From assembly GCA_019455325.1 (NCBI GenBank), contig JACFMQ010000005.1, positions 143,017 to 207,016 of the forward strand: a DNA stretch of 64,000 bases, written 5' to 3'. The number at the start of each line of letters is the position of its first letter. The stretch's first letter is position 1. The DNA comes from Rhodocyclaceae bacterium (lineage in GTDB: Bacteria > Pseudomonadota > Gammaproteobacteria > Burkholderiales > Rhodocyclaceae). The translations under genes were made by a program, and so were the position numbers. Under the pieces are notes generated by a model, which was given only the letters and a program-made list of their open reading frames with translations, ran no database searches and was not told where the DNA came from. Shown piece by piece: positions 61,640 through 64,000 of the stretch.

Positions 61640-64000
61640 ATGGACGCCGCGACGGAATTCGACGTCGGTCCGCTGACCTGGGTGAAGGGCGAGATCGACC
61701 TGGCGCTGGAACGCGCCGGTGACGCGCTCGCGCAGTTCACCGGCGGCGGCGACGCCACGCAGCTCAGGTTCGCCCGCACCCACCTGCACCAGGTGCGCGG
61801 CGCGCTGGCCATCGTCGGCCTGGACGGCGTCACGCAGTTCGTCGATAGCGTCGAGGGCCTGCTCGACGATCTCGAACGGCAGGAGGCGGCCGCCGACGCC
61901 GGCCGCGTCGCGCTCGCGCAGCGCGCCCTCGACGCCGTCCGCCACTACCTCGACGACCTGATCGACGGCGCGCCGGACCAGCCGCTGCGGCTGCTGTCGA
62001 TCTACGGCGAGGTACTGGCGGCGCGCGGTGAGAAGCGCGTGCTGGCCACCGACCTGTTCTTCCCCGACCTGTCGCTGCGGCCGCCGCGCCGCGCGCCGGC
62101 GGCGCCGCTGCCGCGCGACGAGCTGCTGCAGCTCCTGCGCGTGCAGCGCAGCCGCTTCCAGCGCGGCCTGCTCGCCTGGCTGCGCAAGCCGGACGACCGC
62201 GCCGGCGTCGCCGAGATGCTCGACGCCACGCGCCAGGTCGAGGCGACGCAGGAGCTCGCCGCCGCCCGCGCCTTCTGGTGGGTCGCCGCCGGCATGCTGA
62301 CGGCGCTGGCCGAAGGCCGCCTGCCGGCCGAGGTCGACATCAAGCAGTTGTGCGCCCGCATCGACCTGCAGATCCGGCGCCTGATCGAAGGTTCGCGGAA
62401 CGTCGCCGAGCGCCTGATGCGCGACGCCCTCTACTACGTTGCCCGCGCCGACAGCGACGACCCGCTGGTGCGCGAGGTGCAGGACGCCTACCGGCTGCGC
62501 GGCCTGCTGCCGTCGGCATCGACGTCGGCGCCGGAGGCCGCGCCGCAGGGCGCGCTGCGCCGGCGCCTGCGCGAGGCGATCGCCGCTGCCGAGGAAGCGT
62601 GGAACAAGTTCTGCGCCGGCACCGCGCAGTCGCTGCCCGCCTTCCGCGAGCAGGCGGCGGCGATCCAGCAGATCGTCGGCGAGCTCGGCCACACCGACTA
62701 CCGCCGCCTCGCCCGCGCCGTCGCCAACGCCGCCGACTGGCTGGCCGAACGGCCGTCGCGCCACAGCGAGGCGCTGGCCATGGAGATCGCCACCGCCATC
62801 CTGCTGGCGCAGAACGCGCAGGAGAACCTCGGCCGCCTCGGCGCCGATTTCGCCCACCAGGTCGACGTGATGGTCGCCCGCCTGCACGGCTTCCTCGCCG
62901 GCAATCCGCCCGAGCCCGGTTCGGAAGTGCCGCTGCTCGACGAGATGTCGCGGCAGGCGCAGGAGCGGCTGCTGGTCGGCCAGGTGGCGAAGGAGATCCA
63001 GAGCAACCTGGCGCAGATCGAGCAGGTGCTCGACGGCTTCTTCCGCGACGCCGGCCGGCGCGGCGACCTCGCCGGCCTGGAGAGGCCGCTGCACCAGGCG
63101 GCCGGCGCGCTGACGATCCTCGGCCAGAGCGCCGCCGTCGACACGCTGCGCGAGTGCGAAGGCGAGATCCGCCGCTTCGCCGCCGCCGACTACGTGCCGG
63201 ACGAGGCCGACTTCGAGCGCGTCGCCGACCGCCTGTCGGCGCTCGGCTTCTTCATCGACGCGATGCCGAACGGCGCCACCGACTTCGCCGAATTCACGCG
63301 CGCCATGAGCGCGCCGCCGGTCGTCGACGAAGCGGCGGAGGAAACCGCCGCCGGCAGCGTCGAGCAGGAGCTCGAACAGGCCAAGCGCGAGGCGCGGGCG
63401 CTGCTGCAGGCGCTCAAGGACCAGCCGGCCGACGAGGACCTGCGCCGGGAGCTCAAGCAGAACCTGGAAACCCTCAGGCAGGACGCCGACCTCGTCGCCG
63501 ACGGCGAACTCGGCCGGCAGGCGAAGGCGGCGCTGTCCGCGCTCGACGCCGGCGCCCCGGCCCTCGACGCCGCGTTCGCCGGCCTCGGCGCGCACGGCGC
63601 CGCGGCGCCGGCGCCGTCGGCCGAGACGCTGCAACTGGCGCTGGCCGACGAGGAGGATCTGGACGCCGAACTGCTGGCGATCTTCATCGAAGAAGCGAAG
63701 GACGTCCTCGCCGCGGTCGGCGCCGATCTCGTGCGGCTGCGCGAGCAGCCGCACGAGATCGAGGTGCTGACCAACGTCCGCCGCTCGTTCCACACGCTCA
63801 AGGGCTCCGGCCGCATGGTCGGCCTGCGCGAGCTGGGCGAGGTGGCCTGGGCGGTCGAGCAGGTGCTCAACCTCTGGCTGCGCCAGGAGCTCGAACTGAC
63901 GCAGCCGGTGTTCGAGATGATCAGCGAGGGGCACCGCGTCTTCTCGATCTGGGTCGCGCACCTCGAATCGCGCGAACTGCCGCTGCCGGACGCCGGGCCG
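61640..64000 (+). CDS. chpA: ChpA/PilL-type hybrid histidine kinase, N-terminal part with Hpt domains (3' end outside the window)
   Basis: Frame +2 is open from ATG 61640 to the window edge, so it is not in the ORF track. Hpt signature RRSFHTLKGSGRMVG lies at about 63.78-63.82 kb. Confidence 0.8.
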   Translation, partial: MDAATEFDVGPLTWVKGEIDLALERAGDALAQFTGGGDATQLRFARTHLHQVRGALAIVGLDGVTQFVDSVEGLLDDLERQEAAADAGRVALAQRALDAVRHYLDDLIDGAPDQPLRLLSIYGEVLAARGEKRVLATDLFFPDLSLRPPRRAPAAPLPRDELLQLLRVQRSRFQRGLLAWLRKPDDRAGVAEMLDATRQVEATQELAAARAFWWVAAGMLTALAEGRLPAEVDIKQLCARIDLQIRRLIEGSRNVAERLMRDALYYVARADSDDPLVREVQDAYRLRGLLPSASTSAPEAAPQGALRRRLREAIAAAEEAWNKFCAGTAQSLPAFREQAAAIQQIVGELGHTDYRRLARAVANAADWLAERPSRHSEALAMEIATAILLAQNAQENLGRLGADFAHQVDVMVARLHGFLAGNPPEPGSEVPLLDEMSRQAQERLLVGQVAKEIQSNLAQIEQVLDGFFRDAGRRGDLAGLERPLHQAAGALTILGQSAAVDTLRECEGEIRRFAAADYVPDEADFERVADRLSALGFFIDAMPNGATDFAEFTRAMSAPPVVDEAAEETAAGSVEQELEQAKREARALLQALKDQPADEDLRRELKQNLETLRQDADLVADGELGRQAKAALSALDAGAPALDAAFAGLGAHGAAAPAPSAETLQLALADEEDLDAELLAIFIEEAKDVLAAVGADLVRLREQPHEIEVLTNVRRSFHTLKGSGRMVGLRELGEVAWAVEQVLNLWLRQELELTQPVFEMISEGHRVFSIWVAHLESRELPLPDAGP

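Noticed and set aside
61595-63961. 788-aa minus-strand ORF antisense to the chpA region
   Set aside because: Arg/Ala/Gly/Leu-dominated shadow ORF typical of the antisense strand of high-GC genes. The plus-strand frame gives recognisable Hpt motifs (HTLKGSGRMVG).

Overview
High-GC proteobacterial chromosome segment. The gene order (gatCAB divergent from mreBCD-mrdA-rodA-rlpA-dac-dat-ybeD-lipB-lipA, pilGHIJ-chpA, and a BzdR/BoxR-type regulator) is what I associate with Betaproteobacteria of the Azoarcus/Thauera/Rhodocyclales type. That taxonomic call is inference only. About 65 protein genes are supportable, plus one TPP riboswitch. I see no rRNA, tRNA, CRISPR array, transposase or integrase. 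Most of the window is core housekeeping: base-excision repair, pyrE, the tRNA amidotransferase, the cell-shape/peptidoglycan cluster, lipoate, thiamine, hemL, aroE, mgtE and twitching-motility chemosensing. Six places look less ordinary. (1) At 27.3-38.8 kb, a seven-gene acyl-CoA ligase / beta-oxidation / CoA-transferase / symporter operon sits next to a divergent large acyl-CoA dehydrogenase and a convergent HTH-XRE + shikimate-kinase-like (BzdR/BoxR architecture) regulator, with no bzd/box genes present. This is my best candidate for an uncharacterised regulated catabolic module. (2) A solitary AAA/DUF4143 ATPase gene carrying a C-terminal nuclease-like motif sits between a FecI-FecR pair and its TonB-dependent transducer. 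It is bracketed by a ~30-bp direct repeat and a decayed second copy of the fecR 3' end. (3) A secreted alpha-carbonic anhydrase is fused through a Pro/Ala linker to an N-terminal domain that resembles surface-adhesin protein E. (4) An orphan MNT nucleotidyltransferase is followed by a ~30-codon HEPN stump that abuts ykgJ. (5) A (GTGAGGA)x4 heptamer array, with a complementary segment downstream, lies at the lipB start. (6) A ~350-nt mgtE leader has mutually exclusive hairpins and a PPPP-containing upstream ORF. All product calls come from reading the translations against remembered family motifs. No database search was run.
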